A DNA stretch of 64,000 nucleotides from Somniosus microcephalus (GCA_052327205.1 CM126226.1:51212001-51276000); one strand, 5' to 3'. Counted from the first letter of the stretch, positions 50,200 through 62,572 are shown. Notes: generated by a model from the sequence alone, not told the origin. A program made the numbers and translations.

Positions 50200-50598
50200 C
50201 TCCAGAGACTTGAGCACAAAAATCTAGACTGGCACTCCCAGTGCAGTGCTGAGGGAGTGCTGCACTGTCAGAGGTGCCGTCTTTCGGATGAGACGCTAAA
50301 CCGAGGTCCCGTCTGCGCGCTCAGGTGGACGTAAAAGATCCCATGGCACTATTTCGAAAAAGAGCAGGGGCGTTATCCCTGATGTCCTGGGGCCAATATT
50401 TATCCCTCAATCAACATCACTAAAACAGATTATCTGGTCATTATCACATTGCTGTTTGTGGGAGCTTGCTGTGCGCAAATTGGCTGCCATGTTTCCTACA
50501 TTACAACAGTGACTACACATTAAAAGTACATAATTGGCTGTAAAGTGCCTTGGGACATCCGGTGGTCATGAAAGGCGCTATATAAATGAAAGTCTTTC
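50200..50598 (+). mobile_element. Deu-domain SINE (5'-truncated, well preserved) inserted into the older SINE at 49905-50750
   Basis: Deu-like core gtctttcggatgagacgctaaaccgaggtccc..aaagatcccatggcactattt; tail aaaggcgctatataaatgaaagtc. Confidence 0.88.
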
Positions 50599-50824
50599 TA
50601 GCATTCACTTATGGTGAATCATGGTTGCTTGGGCAAGGTACCAGGGGGCTATCGGTGCCTGTGGAGCCACATACTCGCAAGAAATTGATGCCTTCAGGAC
50701 GGCAAGAGACAAAAATTGGTGCAAATCATTGGGAGAAGGCCGGCGGGGGGGAGAACTTAATTTACTGATGGTGCATGCTCAAAGAATAAGTCCATTGTGT
50801 AACTGCATTCCTTTGCCTTCCCAG

Positions 50825-50941
50825 GTGATCTCACTTCCTTTGTTTTTGCCTGATCCTTTGAGTCAAGGCACAGGCAGAGAGTTACAAAGACTTTCAGTCC
50901 TTGGCTCTTTCTTCAGTCTGTCTGTATTTGCAGAGGATGAT
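50825..50941 (+). CDS. UBE4B: UBE4B exon 13 (117 nt, phase 0-0)
   Basis: tcccag|GTG...GAT|gtaagt; [39 protein letters not shown]. Confidence 0.96.
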
Positions 50942-52003
50942 GTAAGTACTATAGAATATTCAGTTGCCCATTTATGTATCTAAAGTCATTCAGAAGGACC
51001 AACATGATCGTAATAATAGATGCAATGGGGAAGAATCTGCTGTCTGGTGGAATTGAAGAGTAATAACGTAATGTAATTACTTCTGTCTTGTGTCTGCCTG
51101 TGGGACTGATTTAAAAAAAAAAATATATATAAACATCATTGTGTCTTATTTACATTGCTAAAGATTTATACTCCTTGCTTAATTTTGCCCACTGATGAGT
51201 GCTATAACATTGCTTTTTTAAAATAAAATTGTAATTTATAAAATGAATGCTTGTTTATATATTTGAATGTTTTATCCCCCCCCCCCCCCCCCCCCAAAGC
51301 CACTGTAAAACAACTTTGAAATAGTCACAAAATTTGCATATTTTGTCTCCGACAGATCAGGGCGTTGGTCAGCAAGGTTACAAGCACAGGCAGATTGGGC
51401 GAGGGTGGGGTGGAAAGCTGAGCACCAAGCAGGCATACTTGCACAATTGTGGTGTGTTCTGTTAAGCAACATTGACATGCTGGTGACATTAATCTTACTG
51501 AAGATTTGGCTGTCCTATTACCTCATTGCACTGCAGTCTGTGTGCAGCCCAAGTGGAAGGAAACTACTTTTGGGTGGTCTCTCACATGAACTTGAAGCTC
51601 ACGCTAAAAATTTAACGTGTGGAAAAAGTGTTGAAAATAAATTGTGTATTTTTAATCTTCATAGATCCAAATCCCGTTTGACCCCGTCCCAAAATGATGT
51701 TTGTTTTTAGTCTAAAACATTGTGAAATAATAACTAAAGATGGCATCATCATTTCCTTTGACTGAGAGTCCTTTCAAAATGTTATTTCTTAATTGTTCTA
51801 CAGATGTTCATATAAAAAGGTAGCATAATGGATGTACATCTGACCCACTAAATGAATTTTTGAAAATGTGACCAATTCATTTCTGAAGCACAATACTTAA
51901 TCAAGGAAAAAGTTACTAGTTCAACTTTTTCTATTTTAATAGTTTAGTTCTCAATGTAATTTGACAGGGTTGTGTTTGACATTAGTCGTGTGCTTTGCTT
52001 TAG

Positions 52004-52102
52004 ACAAGAGTTGTAGAGAAATATTTCTCTGGACCTACACTTACACTTGAAAATACTAGAGTTGTCAGTCAGTCCTTGCAACACCATCTGGAATCAGCCA
52101 GG
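52004..52102 (+). CDS. UBE4B: UBE4B exon 14 (99 nt, phase 0-0)
   Basis: ctttag|ACA...AGG|gtaagt; [33 protein letters not shown]. Confidence 0.96.
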
Positions 52103-52686
52103 GTAAGTAATGACTGAAGGTGAGATTTGAACAGATCAGTAGTAATTTATGAAACATTCTGAAAACTAGCTTTTTCAAACAGTTTTTTGCTCGGGTGTTT
52201 TTTTTTTAACCCCCTGTTATTTTCTTGTGTTGCCACAAGATGTCGCCATGTCTTTTAAACTGCAGTGGTAATTAATATCATGACATGTTTTGTGGTCGTA
52301 AAAGCATGGACTTAAGCATCACTACTTGGCCACACTCTAGCAAGGAAGTCATAGTGAGATGTGTATTTGCTCCTCGCATAGCTTGTGTGTGAAATTGTTA
52401 AAGTGGGCAAGATAATAATGCAGAAAATGCTGGAAAAGCAAACTGCATAAATCAGCATCTCCTAAAAAGAAAAGCCAGGTTAATGATTTGAGTGCAACTC
52501 TTCATCTTTTTTATTCTTTACTCGCTAATCTTTGTATTGACAGCATGTTTCCCGTTTGTTTCAGTGTCCAGCATTTGCAGTTTTTTTCTACTTATTTGTG
52601 ATGATATTGCAATAAATTCATGAAATGTCATTTAACAGAAAAGATTCTATATAATCACTACAAAGCCCAGGCTAATAACTTGTGGA

Positions 52687-52887
52687 CAAAAGCAAAATAC
52701 TGCGGATACCTGGATTCTGAAATAAAAACAGAAAATGCTGGAAATAGTCAGCGGGTCAGGCAGCACCTGTGGAGAGAGGAACTGAGTTAACGTTTCGGGT
52801 CAATGCAAGGTCAACAACCTGAAACGTTAACTCTGCTTCTCTCCGTGACCTCCTGAGTGTTTCCAGCATTTTCTGTTTTTAATTTCC
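52687..52887. mobile_element. Penelope-type palindromic terminal repeat; an older copy lies at about 52416-52590
   Basis: Perfect 21-bp inverted repeat 52724-52744/52860-52880, inner stem 52784-52800/52817-52833; flanks aataacttgtgga / aataactcttgga. Confidence 0.7.
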
Positions 52888-53320
52888 AATAACTCTTGGA
52901 ATGCCCAGGCTAATATTTATTTACTAGGCATACCTTGGTCTTAATGATCCACTGGGAGAGAATGGGATGGGCAAGGTTGATTCTGGAAACTAATTTGAAG
53001 CTTGCCAACATTGATAGCGTCCGGAGTATCCAAGATTGAAATTTGCAATTCAGTATCTTCTAATGTGTCGTGTGCTATTGCTGTGTGGGGGGGGAAAAAA
53101 GGGTTTTTCATGTGTGCCTCCTTGACTAACATTTACAGTCGAACTAGTCTATATACACCTGCAGGTTTGAATCCAGGTAATCTAATGCAGTTTCAAACCA
53201 ACGACAAGTGGGTCCTTTGCACAGGCACATTTTTTAATATTTAACCACTGAGGTTCACTGAGAGCGAATTGAGTGACAGACTTCCAGCTTGTGATGCCCT
53301 GCCTTTTTTTTGTTTTACAG

Positions 53321-53434
53321 ACCGATCTCTTCAAAGTTTTGCACAACATTTTACTTAATGGCGAGACCAGAGAGAGTGCTTTAAATTACATGGCAGCGGT
53401 GGTAAATCGTAACATAAAGAAAGCCCAAATGCAA
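53321..53434 (+). CDS. UBE4B: UBE4B exon 15 (114 nt, phase 0-0)
   Basis: ttacag|ACC...CAA|gtaagt; [38 protein letters not shown]. Confidence 0.96.
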
Positions 53435-53771
53435 GTAAGTGTAGAATGAATGCAAGTCAGCTGCACATGACACCGACCGGTTATCTCATCGCTTTTTCTT
53501 TGACGCTGTAGAATGTCTTGGTGGATGTCAGCGTGTTATAGCTGTGATCCTGTCGATTTTTAAATTTCTGGGCTTTGACTGACTGTAATTATTGTAGTTT
53601 CCCTGGGATTGTCAGACCTGCTGAAGCTGCAGCGAGAGATCAGAAGCACTTGTGTGGAAATTTTACCCCTCCATTTTTTGGAGTTGGCTTTCAGCCAGCT
53701 GGGGTACAATTTTATATTGTGGGTTGCACCTCCAATTGAATGTCAGAATTTCAGGAAATGGAAGTATGGTA

Positions 53772-54472
53772 CAGGTAGACTATCCTTTATCCGCACTTCC
53801 GAAAACCTCTAAAAACTGAAAGTTTTTTCGTGGAGCATAAGTCGTGCGCACGACATGACCCGAGTGGCGCCAAACATGACAGGAGTGGTCCGGGAGCTCT
53901 GCCTTGCCCTGTGAGCAGGGCAGAGGGTCACAGAGTTCCCTCCTGGGTAGGAGATTGCAGGCCGAGCCGGGCAGTGTGAAGGAGGTACCGGGAGAGTGAA
54001 CCCAACAATACAGCGGCCCGTCCGATAGTCTTTTCTCTTTCCCCCCCCCCCCCCCCCCCCCAGACCTGATTTGCGGGCCAGCTTAGTGTAGGAGTCAGCC
54101 GATATCCGGCTTTCCCACAACTGGCGGCGGCAGTCGAGCCCCAGACCCCCGCTAAGTCAAGGAATTCAGATACGGAGCAGGGGGAGCCGGAAACCTCGAT
54201 CTAACGGCAGAAATCAGCAGCCGTTTTGTTAGGTTTTTTTTCTTCCCCTAGCATTTTTTTTTTTTTAAACAGTCAGGCTGTGGAAAGAGTCTCTGTAGCT
54301 TAGCAACAGCTTCAGAGACGCTTCCAAGGCAGGGCCTGAGTGTTTACAAGCTGTTGCTAAGCAACAGTGTTTGTTGTCAGATATGGAGATGAAAACCTTC
54401 TGAAATCCGAAAAATTCTGAAAACCGAAACACAGCTGGTCCCAAGGTTTTCAGATAAAGGATAGTCTACCTG
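53772..54472. mobile_element. Tc1/mariner (pogo/Tigger-like) non-autonomous element
   Basis: TA|CAGGTAGACTATCCTTTATC ... GATAAAGGATAGTCTACCTG|TA (perfect 20-bp TIR). Confidence 0.92.
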
Positions 54473-54629
54473 TATTAAGTTATTTTTTTTAATTGTAAAG
54501 AATATAGCATGTTAGAAATAAGAGTATTTTGAGAACAGTGACACATTTCATAACTGGAAATCGGAACACAATGGTATGTAGAGCATTCTAAAAAGAAATG
54601 TAAAAAATTAAATTGTTAATTTTCAATAG

Positions 54630-54828
54630 ACAGATGACCGGATGGTATCGACAGATGGGTTCATGCTGAATTTTCTGTGGGTGCTGCAGCAATTGAGCAC
54701 AAAGATCAAGCTAGAAACGGTTGACCCAATGTACATTTTCCACCCAAAGTGTCGCATCAGCATACCAGCTGATGAGACGCGTGTGAAAGCCTCTATGGAA
54801 GACATTAAAAGCTGGCTTGCTGAGCTCA
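54630..54828 (+). CDS. UBE4B: UBE4B exon 16 (199 nt, phase 0-1)
   Basis: caatag|ACA...CTCA|gtaagt; [66 protein letters not shown]. Confidence 0.97.
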
Positions 54829-55015
54829 GTAAGTAAATATTAAGCATTATAGAAAGATTTATTGGAACTGTTAATTTTTCTTCTAAAGCTGTCTTGGTAA
54901 GTAATGTGTATTTTAAAAACTGACTGCAGAAGTGTGTTCCTTTTTAATGCAACTAACCAATTTTATGTTGGTTTTTTGAAGAAAATTTTAATATTTTGGT
55001 TTTTCATCTAAATAG

Positions 55016-55151
55016 ACGATCAGTCGAAGTTTGCTGAGCCAAAGTTCCCAACGGAATGCTTTTTCCTGACTCTACATACACACCATCTTGCTATCCTGCC
55101 AAGTTGCCGCCGTTATATACGAAGGCTACGAGCTATTCGAGATCTCAACAG
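55016..55151 (+). CDS. UBE4B: UBE4B exon 17 (136 nt, phase 1-2)
   Basis: aaatag|AC...ACAG|gtagga; [45 protein letters not shown]. Confidence 0.96.
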
Positions 55152-55174
55152 GTAGGAAGGGGTTGTAAAAATAA

Positions 55175-56140
55175 AGACTAGCGGTTATGTAGCGCCTTTC
55201 GTGACCTCAAGGCATTCCACAGCGCTTTGACCTCAAGGCATTCCACAGCGCTTTATAGCCAATTAAGTAGTTTTGAAGTGTAGCCACTGTTGTGATAAGA
55301 ACAAAACATAAGAAATAGGAACAGGAGTAGGCCATTCGGCCCCTCGAGCCTGCTGCTCCATTCAGTAAGATCTGTCAAATATATGAATGGAGATTCCCTT
55401 CTGTGATTGGCTCCCCATGGCCCACGTGATCTCAGGGACGCTGCGAACTGCTTGCGCCTCTGGGATGCGTGGGCCCTGCGCACTGGCAGTTTGGCGAGGC
55501 CCAGGAGCGGATGTGTGCGCCTCCCGGGAGCCCTCGGGTAAGGGTGCAGATTTTTCCAGATCGCAGGCCTCCACCCGCGGGAGGCCCGCGATCGGAATAT
55601 CTGGGCCAATACAGAATTCTATCATATTATGGTCACTCTTCCCTAAAGGCCCCTTTACTGCAAGGTTATTAATTAACACTTTCTCATTGCACGATACTAG
55701 ATCTAAAATAGCTTGTTCCCTAGTTGGTTCCTCAACATACGGATCTAGAAAACTATCTTGTATCCATTCCATGAATTCGTCCTCCACACTATTACTGCCA
55801 ATTTTCGTGCAGCAAGCTCCCACAAACAGCAATGTGATAATGACCAGATAATCTGTTTGTGATGTTGGCTGAAGGATAAATATTAGACAGGGCACCGGGG
55901 AGAATTCCCCTGCTGTTCTTTGAAATAGTGCCATGGGATCTTTTAAATCCACCTGCAAGGGCAGATGGGACCTCTGTTTAACGTCTCATCTGAAAGACAG
56001 CAGCTCCAACAGTGCAGCACTCCCTCTACTGCACTGGAGTATCGGCCTGGATTATGTGCTCAAGTCCCTGGAGTGGGGCTTGAACCTACAACCTTCTGAC
56101 CGAGGCAAGAGTGCTACCACTGAGCCATGGCCAACACCTT
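55175..56140 (-). mobile_element. Nested composite: Deu-SINE containing CR1 pieces containing half of a Harbinger-like MITE
   Basis: SINE tail about 55175-55295, CR1 3' end about 55297-55375, MITE right half about 55376-55607, CR1 endonuclease region about 55610-55805 (EFMEWIQDSFLDPYVEEPTREQAILDLV), SINE body and head about 55806-56140. Confidence 0.85.
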
Positions 56141-57058
56141 GTAGATACTTTCAGTTCAATTTTTATTTAAAAGGTATATTTTCTAACCTTGCAAATTGAC
56201 TATCTGTAATATTCAACATTACAATTTACTATTTTCTCATAGAATGACAGGGATGCAATGAACCACATGGTTTTTCTGGAGTGGTAGATTAATTTTCTTG
56301 CCTATCTTATGTCTTCCCATATTGTGCACAATTTTTGCATCCAAGAACACATGTACAGCAGATATATAAAAAGTAATTGGGTTAAGTTTCATATAGCACA
56401 AAGCTGATAACGGTAGGCATTGGTAATCTAGCAAAGAATGAAGTTAATGCAGTTTGCTTAATGATCACAATTGTTCTGCCTCAGGAAACAAAATTGGCAA
56501 ACTCTTAAATATCTTAACAGTTCCCGCCTTGACTGTGGGTAAAGCCAGCACCAGATGTAGTACTAAAGCCAGAAGACCAGAAGATTTCGGATTCAATTTC
56601 TGATTCATTGCTGCGTTCGCTGATCTCAGCATGGGCAGCAGAGGGATGCTACAATTGGCCTCTGCGTCCTTAGATTAGGGAGTGTAACATTTATCAGGGT
56701 TCCCCAATGTACTTGCTGTAGCAGTGACTGTGTCAGGTGAGAACAGAATTTTTCTTGACTGATGTCTCGTGATCAATAACGTGCTAATAAATATCATTTA
56801 GATTCACACATGAAGAATGGTGACTGTGATGAGGCACTGGAGGGCTGCTGACATTATGGAAATGTACCCCTGGAATAGTTGCTGCTGGTAAAGGGGTTGG
56901 GGAAGGAGGGAATAATTATCCTCAACTCAAGATTATTATTTTTTTTATACCCCAAAGTCAGTAACTGTCGTATCTCTGCTTCACGGAATTAATCCACTGA
57001 CTTTAACTTACTGTTGCTTAGCTTGAAGGCTCATGAGTACTGTATAGGTTAAGACTGT

Positions 57059-57795
57059 GGGCTGGATTTTCATTGAGGAGGTGGGTAGGAGGCGGGACTA
57101 CAACTTTCGGGGTTGTAGTCCCACCTCCATAGAGTTGTAGCCAACCCACGCAATTTTGACTTGATTGACCTTGTTGAGCCCACCCAGAGGGCTCAGCAGG
57201 CCAATTAAGGGCTTTTGACAGATGAAATATCAGCGTTCGACAGCTGTTTGAACCTATCAAACACTGACAATCTGCACTCCAGGTTAATTCCTTCCTCTCA
57301 GGATGATTTAGAGATCTCCCTGGAACAGAAAGCTGAATGCTGGAACTTTTGACAGTTCGCGGCCATTCTGCTTTCTGTGCCGGCGAGATGAGGGACTCCC
57401 GAGACCTGAAGGAAGGCTGTAAAGGTTAGTAGAACTTCTTTAAACACACCAAACACACTTACCTCTGCACTCATGCACCCATCACTCACCTGAACACCGG
57501 CCATCTCGACCCCTTCAGCCCGACGGCCTGCCTCGCTAACTTGGCGTGGTTTGGAGTGGTCGGGAACCCCACATTTCAACAATGAAAATAGGGATTAGGC
57601 TAAAAACTGCCTGTTAACTACATGTTAACAAACAGTTAATTGGCATTAATCCCCTTCCCGCCTCGGGGAGGCGGGTCCCAGTGCCTCCTTTGAAACTGAC
57701 ATGGGGGCAGGATGGGTTCGTGCCCCCCGATTTCGGGATTTTAGCCCCCCACATGCCTCCAATCCCGTCTCCACGGCCCAATGAAAATCCTGCCC
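57059..57795. mobile_element. PIF/Harbinger-like MITE (second family)
   Basis: TIR GGGCTGGATTTTCATTG / CAATGAAAATCCTGCCC (16/17); 3-bp flanks TGT/TAT. Confidence 0.75.
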
Positions 57796-58056
57796 TATTA
57801 GTCTGCTCTTGGAAACTTAAGTACCACTATTCCATATGTAATTTAAGGGAGAATAGTACAAGTGCATCGTATCGCACCGTTCCTATATACCTCGATACGA
57901 ACACAGTAGGCAACCTGAAACCGTAAATGTGACAAAGCAGCTAATGTAGTTATAAAAGTACTTATTGATCCATATTCTGATCCGCACTATGTCGGTGTGC
58001 TTTCTTTCACTTCAGTCTGTAAATTGTATATTGAGGGTTTTTTTCTTCCCTTCTAG

Positions 58057-58156
58057 GACTGTTGAGGAACTGAAAAACAGTGAAAGTCAGTGGAAGGATT
58101 CTCCCTTGGCAAACAGACATCGGGAGATGTTGAAACGATGCAAAACCCAGTTGAAG
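58057..58156 (+). CDS. UBE4B: UBE4B exon 18 (100 nt, phase 2-0)
   Basis: ttctag|G...AAG|gtgcgt; [34 protein letters not shown]. Confidence 0.97.
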
Positions 58157-58704
58157 GTGCGTAAGAGTTATTTGCGGTAATGATGTGTTTTGTAGCCTCT
58201 TTAGATTCCACAGAAGGAGATGACCGCGATGCCCCATCACCTACTTTTTACTCTTGCATCATCCTAACTGGAGATGTTTTTTAAAGATCAGTATTTACTG
58301 ATTTCCAGTGACCAATTTCTGGATTTTTTTGGGTGATGAATTAGTAAAAACTGATTTCCTCTTGACTTTGAAACCCCCACCCCAGCTGAAACTCCTCAGT
58401 GTTTCCTTGCCAAAAATCAGGACCTGAGATGTGTGTGCATTACAGCCCCAATGTCAAGAGGCACTTTGAAGGGTCTTGATAATGACTACAGCTAGGATAA
58501 TAACAAAGTGGATACACTGCCTACAATAATACCATTCACCGCATGTACTGTTGAATTGAATTTAGCATCAACTATTTCATATTTCATTCAAACTTCAGAA
58601 ATACTGTGGTGGCATGCTACCTGAAACATTTCATGTTAGTACTCGACATTTTGTGGTGTTCAGTCCATTCATAAATAATGTAAATGTATCTTGCAGCTAA
58701 AATA

Positions 58705-58981
58705 CAGGAAACTCTTTTTTTTTATCCGGCACCAACGGGACTGGCGTATCAGAAAGTCCAGATTACAGAGAGGTATAGTAAAAGGTACGAGAGCCCCGTA
58801 CACAGCAACAGATCCAGGCGTCCCTGTTGCTTAGCAACAAGTGCAGGAACCCCGGTTACACAGCCACAGATCCAGGAACGACCACTAATATGAAGCAAAA
58901 CTTACCTGAACCTACTCCTGAATTTTGCCGGTTAACAGAGATTTCCGGTTATTTAGGTGCCGATAAATCGAAAGTTTCCTG
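58705..58981. mobile_element. Tc1/mariner (pogo/Tigger-like) MITE
   Basis: TA|CAGGAAACT ... AGTTTCCTG|TA; tatccggcaccaacgggac subterminal sequence as in copy A. Confidence 0.85.
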
Positions 58982-58992
58982 TAGCTTGACTG

Positions 58993-59129
58993 CAATGTTC
59001 CCTTTAGGCTGCGCAGCACTCTGCAGCTCCCGCGCAGCCGTATCACTGGCTTTTAACTAGGAAAAAGCACGCATGGGTGGTATTTTGAATGGGCTGCACA
59101 CCCAAAAAAAAAAATTGAAGGGTACGTTG
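58993..59129. mobile_element. hAT-like MITE
   Basis: Termini caatgttcccttta / ttgaagggtacgttg; 8-bp TSD cttgactg / cttgacag (7/8). Confidence 0.7.
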
Positions 59130-59411
59130 CTTGACAGTATTTTATGAGCATGGAAACTTGTATTATAACTTTTGGAACTTCCTTTGAAGCCCGTAAAAGT
59201 GGTGCCTGTGAACTGTGTAAATAAGTGTCGGTTTTCATTTAGCGTAACTGTGTAGTGATGTATTGTGTTGTACTGTATAGTGCTAAATGGCAACGCAGCA
59301 CTGTAAAGAACAATACATATTTATGTTCGTTCCTTAGGTTCTCTCTTTATTCTGACTTTCTCCCACTTTTTGATGTTCGAAATAAACCTGGGGGTGGGGG
59401 GTCAATGGGGA

Positions 59412-59579
59412 CTATGTTCCCTCTAAGCTGCATGCAGCCGCGCAGTAATCTGCAAATCCCATGCAGGCCGCTCTCGAGCTTTACCATTTGAAATACCGCA
59501 CATGCGCAGAAATTTCAAGGGACTGCACATTGAAATAAACAGGCTGCGGCACAACAAAGGCAAGTTAGAGGGGACATTG
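59412..59579. mobile_element. hAT-like MITE (same family)
   Basis: Termini ctatgttccctctaa / ttagaggggacattg; TSD not recognisable. Confidence 0.6.
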
Positions 59580-60043
59580 GGCGGGGGCATTAAAAATTGA
59601 TTTGCAAACTTCTTAATAACTGCGTGTGGAGGCTATGCAAGCATCTGTGGAGGCGACAGTGCAGCAGTGAAGAGTAGAGGTCAGCATTGCGATGACACAC
59701 GTGCCGTATTCATAAAACTTGCCTTTGTTGAAAAAGCTGGTATGGTGCTTCCCTGAAACCAATGACTAATACTGTAACTCGGCCTTGGTGCTGCTTCCAA
59801 AAATACAATCTACTCTTCTAAATTCAAAGTTGCTTAATTCAAATTATTTGATAGTTCCATTTTTTAACGCCAGATTCCCATTTGACTGATATTTACATTG
59901 CTTAATTCAGATTATTTGATAATTCAATTTTTAAGTGCAAAAACAACTTTGAATTATTAGACTGTATCCATAAGTGTGAAGTCTTAAATTACTGTAATTC
60001 TAGTTAAATATCAAAATGCATGCGATTAGCTCCAAATAAGAAA

Positions 60044-60395
60044 AGAACTTGCATTTATGCAGATTCTTTCGCTACCTCAGGACTCCCAAAGTGCTTCACA
60101 GCCAACAAAGTACTTTTGAAGTATAGTCGCTGTTATAATGTAAGGGAAATGCAGCAGTCAATTTGTGCATAGCAAGGGTCCCACAAACAGATGACCAGAT
60201 AAAATTGACGTTAATTGAGGGACGATGTTTGCCAGCACACCGGGAGAACCCCCCTGCTCTTTATCGAATAGTCTCCTGGGATCTTTTATCACCACCTGAG
60301 AGGGAAGATGGGCCTTTGTTAAAAGGTAGCATGTCCGACAGTGCAGCACTGCCTCAGTACTGCACTGAAATGTCAGTCTAGATTAGGTGCTCAAT
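60044..60395 (-). mobile_element. Deu-domain SINE
   Basis: Reverse complement of the 50200-50598 copy, from tail to the tgagcac junction. Confidence 0.82.
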
Positions 60396-60804
60396 ACCCG
60401 TATGTTAAATGCACGCAGTTAGGACGCCAAGTTCAAATTCCAGATTCTTTAGACTTTTGATGCACAATGTCTGATGGTTGTTTAAATTGGTTTCCCTTTA
60501 TTGGATTATCGGGATTGTGTGGCTCTTCTACACTGTTTCACCCAGTGAATTCTGTAAGTACCGTACTAATATTAACGGAACTGTTAGTCCCATGTAAATG
60601 ACAATTTGGTAGCAATGGGTTACATTGCTGCAAATGTAGTGTATAAGATGATGGTATGTGCTGACTCCCGAATGTTGAAAGCACTGCCTATTCATGTTTG
60701 CTTTTTAAAAGACTGCTTAAACTTACTGGGTTAGTTGAGGATGATTTTTTTGTCTTTGTATTTGTAAAAAATGTGTTGATGTATTCTTTGTATTTTACAT
60801 AAAG

Positions 60805-60932
60805 AAATTGGTGCGGAGCAAAGCCTGTGCTGATGCTGGTTTGTTAGACGAGAATCTGTTGAGGAGGTGCCTCCAGTTTTACGGCACGTTAATTCAGCTG
60901 ATCTTTCGCCTGGTTGATCCGCGCTACCCAGA
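60805..60932 (+). CDS. UBE4B: UBE4B exon 19 (128 nt, phase 0-2)
   Basis: ataaag|AAA...CAGA|gtaagt; [42 protein letters not shown]. Confidence 0.96.
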
Positions 60933-62121
60933 GTAAGTGCCCTGCTCCATTTGTATAGAAGATCTGCACAAATTGCAATAGTTTTCCTATCTGTTAGACA
61001 GAGTGGTCCTGTGCCTGTGCAGTTAGATTTTCTAGACGTTGATTCATGCACGATATTGTGTGTTCTCATGTACCCTCCCACCGAACAACTGGAGTATAGG
61101 TTTGTAAGAAAGTTGTGATATGGATCACCTTATAAACCTGATCACCTACCCAATAAGAATTCCTGATCCCAATATTCTGGCTTTTTTTATATAACTTTTT
61201 CTCCCATTATTTCCTGAAAGTGTTGACTTGTGCTGGGATCTTCTGGGATACGAGTCTGGGCAATAAGTGCTGGCAAGCTATTTGGTTTAAGGGGTAGGGA
61301 ACCTTCTTTCCTTGCCTAACATGCAAATAGTAGAGGTTTCTGGATTGCAAGCTGAAGCAGGAGCCCGAGCTGATTTCTTTCTCTCTTTCTCCCCCCCCCC
61401 CCCCCCCCCCCCACACCTCTCTCTGTCCTCTTCTGCTTTGCTCAGGGACACTGAAGTTAATTGTTGTAATAATAAACCCTGCATTTATACAGAACCCTTT
61501 TACATTAAAACATCTGTTTGTCACAAGTGAATTACTTTTGAAGTACAGTAACAGTTATGTAGGCAAACAACTTAATTATTATTTAAAAGTTCCTTTCAAG
61601 ATGGTTCAAACTTTCAAATATGCTGTTAATTCATTCTAGCTATAGACAGCAGGTTGCACAACGTACAAATGCTTAATCTTGTTTAGAACCTGTTTTGTTT
61701 GTTCTGAGCAGGCTGGTGATCTGTGAATTTGTTGACTCTCATTTCCTACCCCAACCATCCTTCTTGTCTTTCTGTGGAGTGCTGTTGATTTATTGACTGA
61801 CTTGTATTGAAATTGTGTTAAGTCCTAGTGGATTCATGTCCACTAAGAATTGGTTGCGATTGCCAGCAGCTTTATTTCCAGTTAGAACTGCCAAAGAGGG
61901 GAGGGGCTTTCATTCCAGCAGCCTTTGGATTTGAATACAAGTTCCATATCTGTGTGGACCATGTTGGAAATCACTGTGCCACCTATCTCCCTGTTTCACA
62001 TACTCTTAAAATTGTGCCGTTATGAACTGTGATCGAGTTCAATGACTGGAGCAGCTGGAAGGATGAACTTTGCTGTTTCAGTTTTTAAAAGTCAAACTCC
62101 ACAGAGTCAAGATTTTATTCT

Positions 62122-62572
62122 TTACACAGAATTACACCGGATATACGGCACGGAAACGGGCCATTCGGCCCAACCAGTCCATGCCGGCGTTTATGCTCCA
62201 CTCGCGCCTCCTCCCGTCTTTCCTCATCTAAATCTATCAGCGTAACCCTCTATTCCCTTCTCCCTCAGATGCTTGTCCAGCCTCCCCTTAAATGCATCGA
62301 TACTATTCGCTTCAACCACTCCCTGTGGTAGCGAGTTCCACATTCTCACCACTCTTTGGGTAAAGAAGTTTCTTCTGAATTCCCTATTGGATTTCTTGGT
62401 GACTATCTTATATTGATGGCCTCTAGTTATGCTCTTCCCCACAAGTGGAAACACTCTCTCTGTATCCACTCTATCAAAACCTTTCATAGTTTTAAAGATC
62501 TCTATTAGGTCACCCCTCCACTTTTTCTTTTCAAGAGAAAAGAGACTTGGCCTGTTCATCCTCTCCTGATGG
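62122..62572 (-). mobile_element. CR1 3' fragment (same subfamily as 26270-28890)
   Basis: ORF 62224-62559 (LFSLEKKKWRGDLIEIFK..RGHQYKI..RRNFFTQRVVRMWNSLP); 3' UTR nearly identical to 26295-26420. Confidence 0.93.

Noticed and set aside
55253-55958. ORFs of 118-198 aa on both strands
   Set aside because: Chance read-through across SINE, CR1 and MITE pieces; only a short CR1 endonuclease segment is protein-like.
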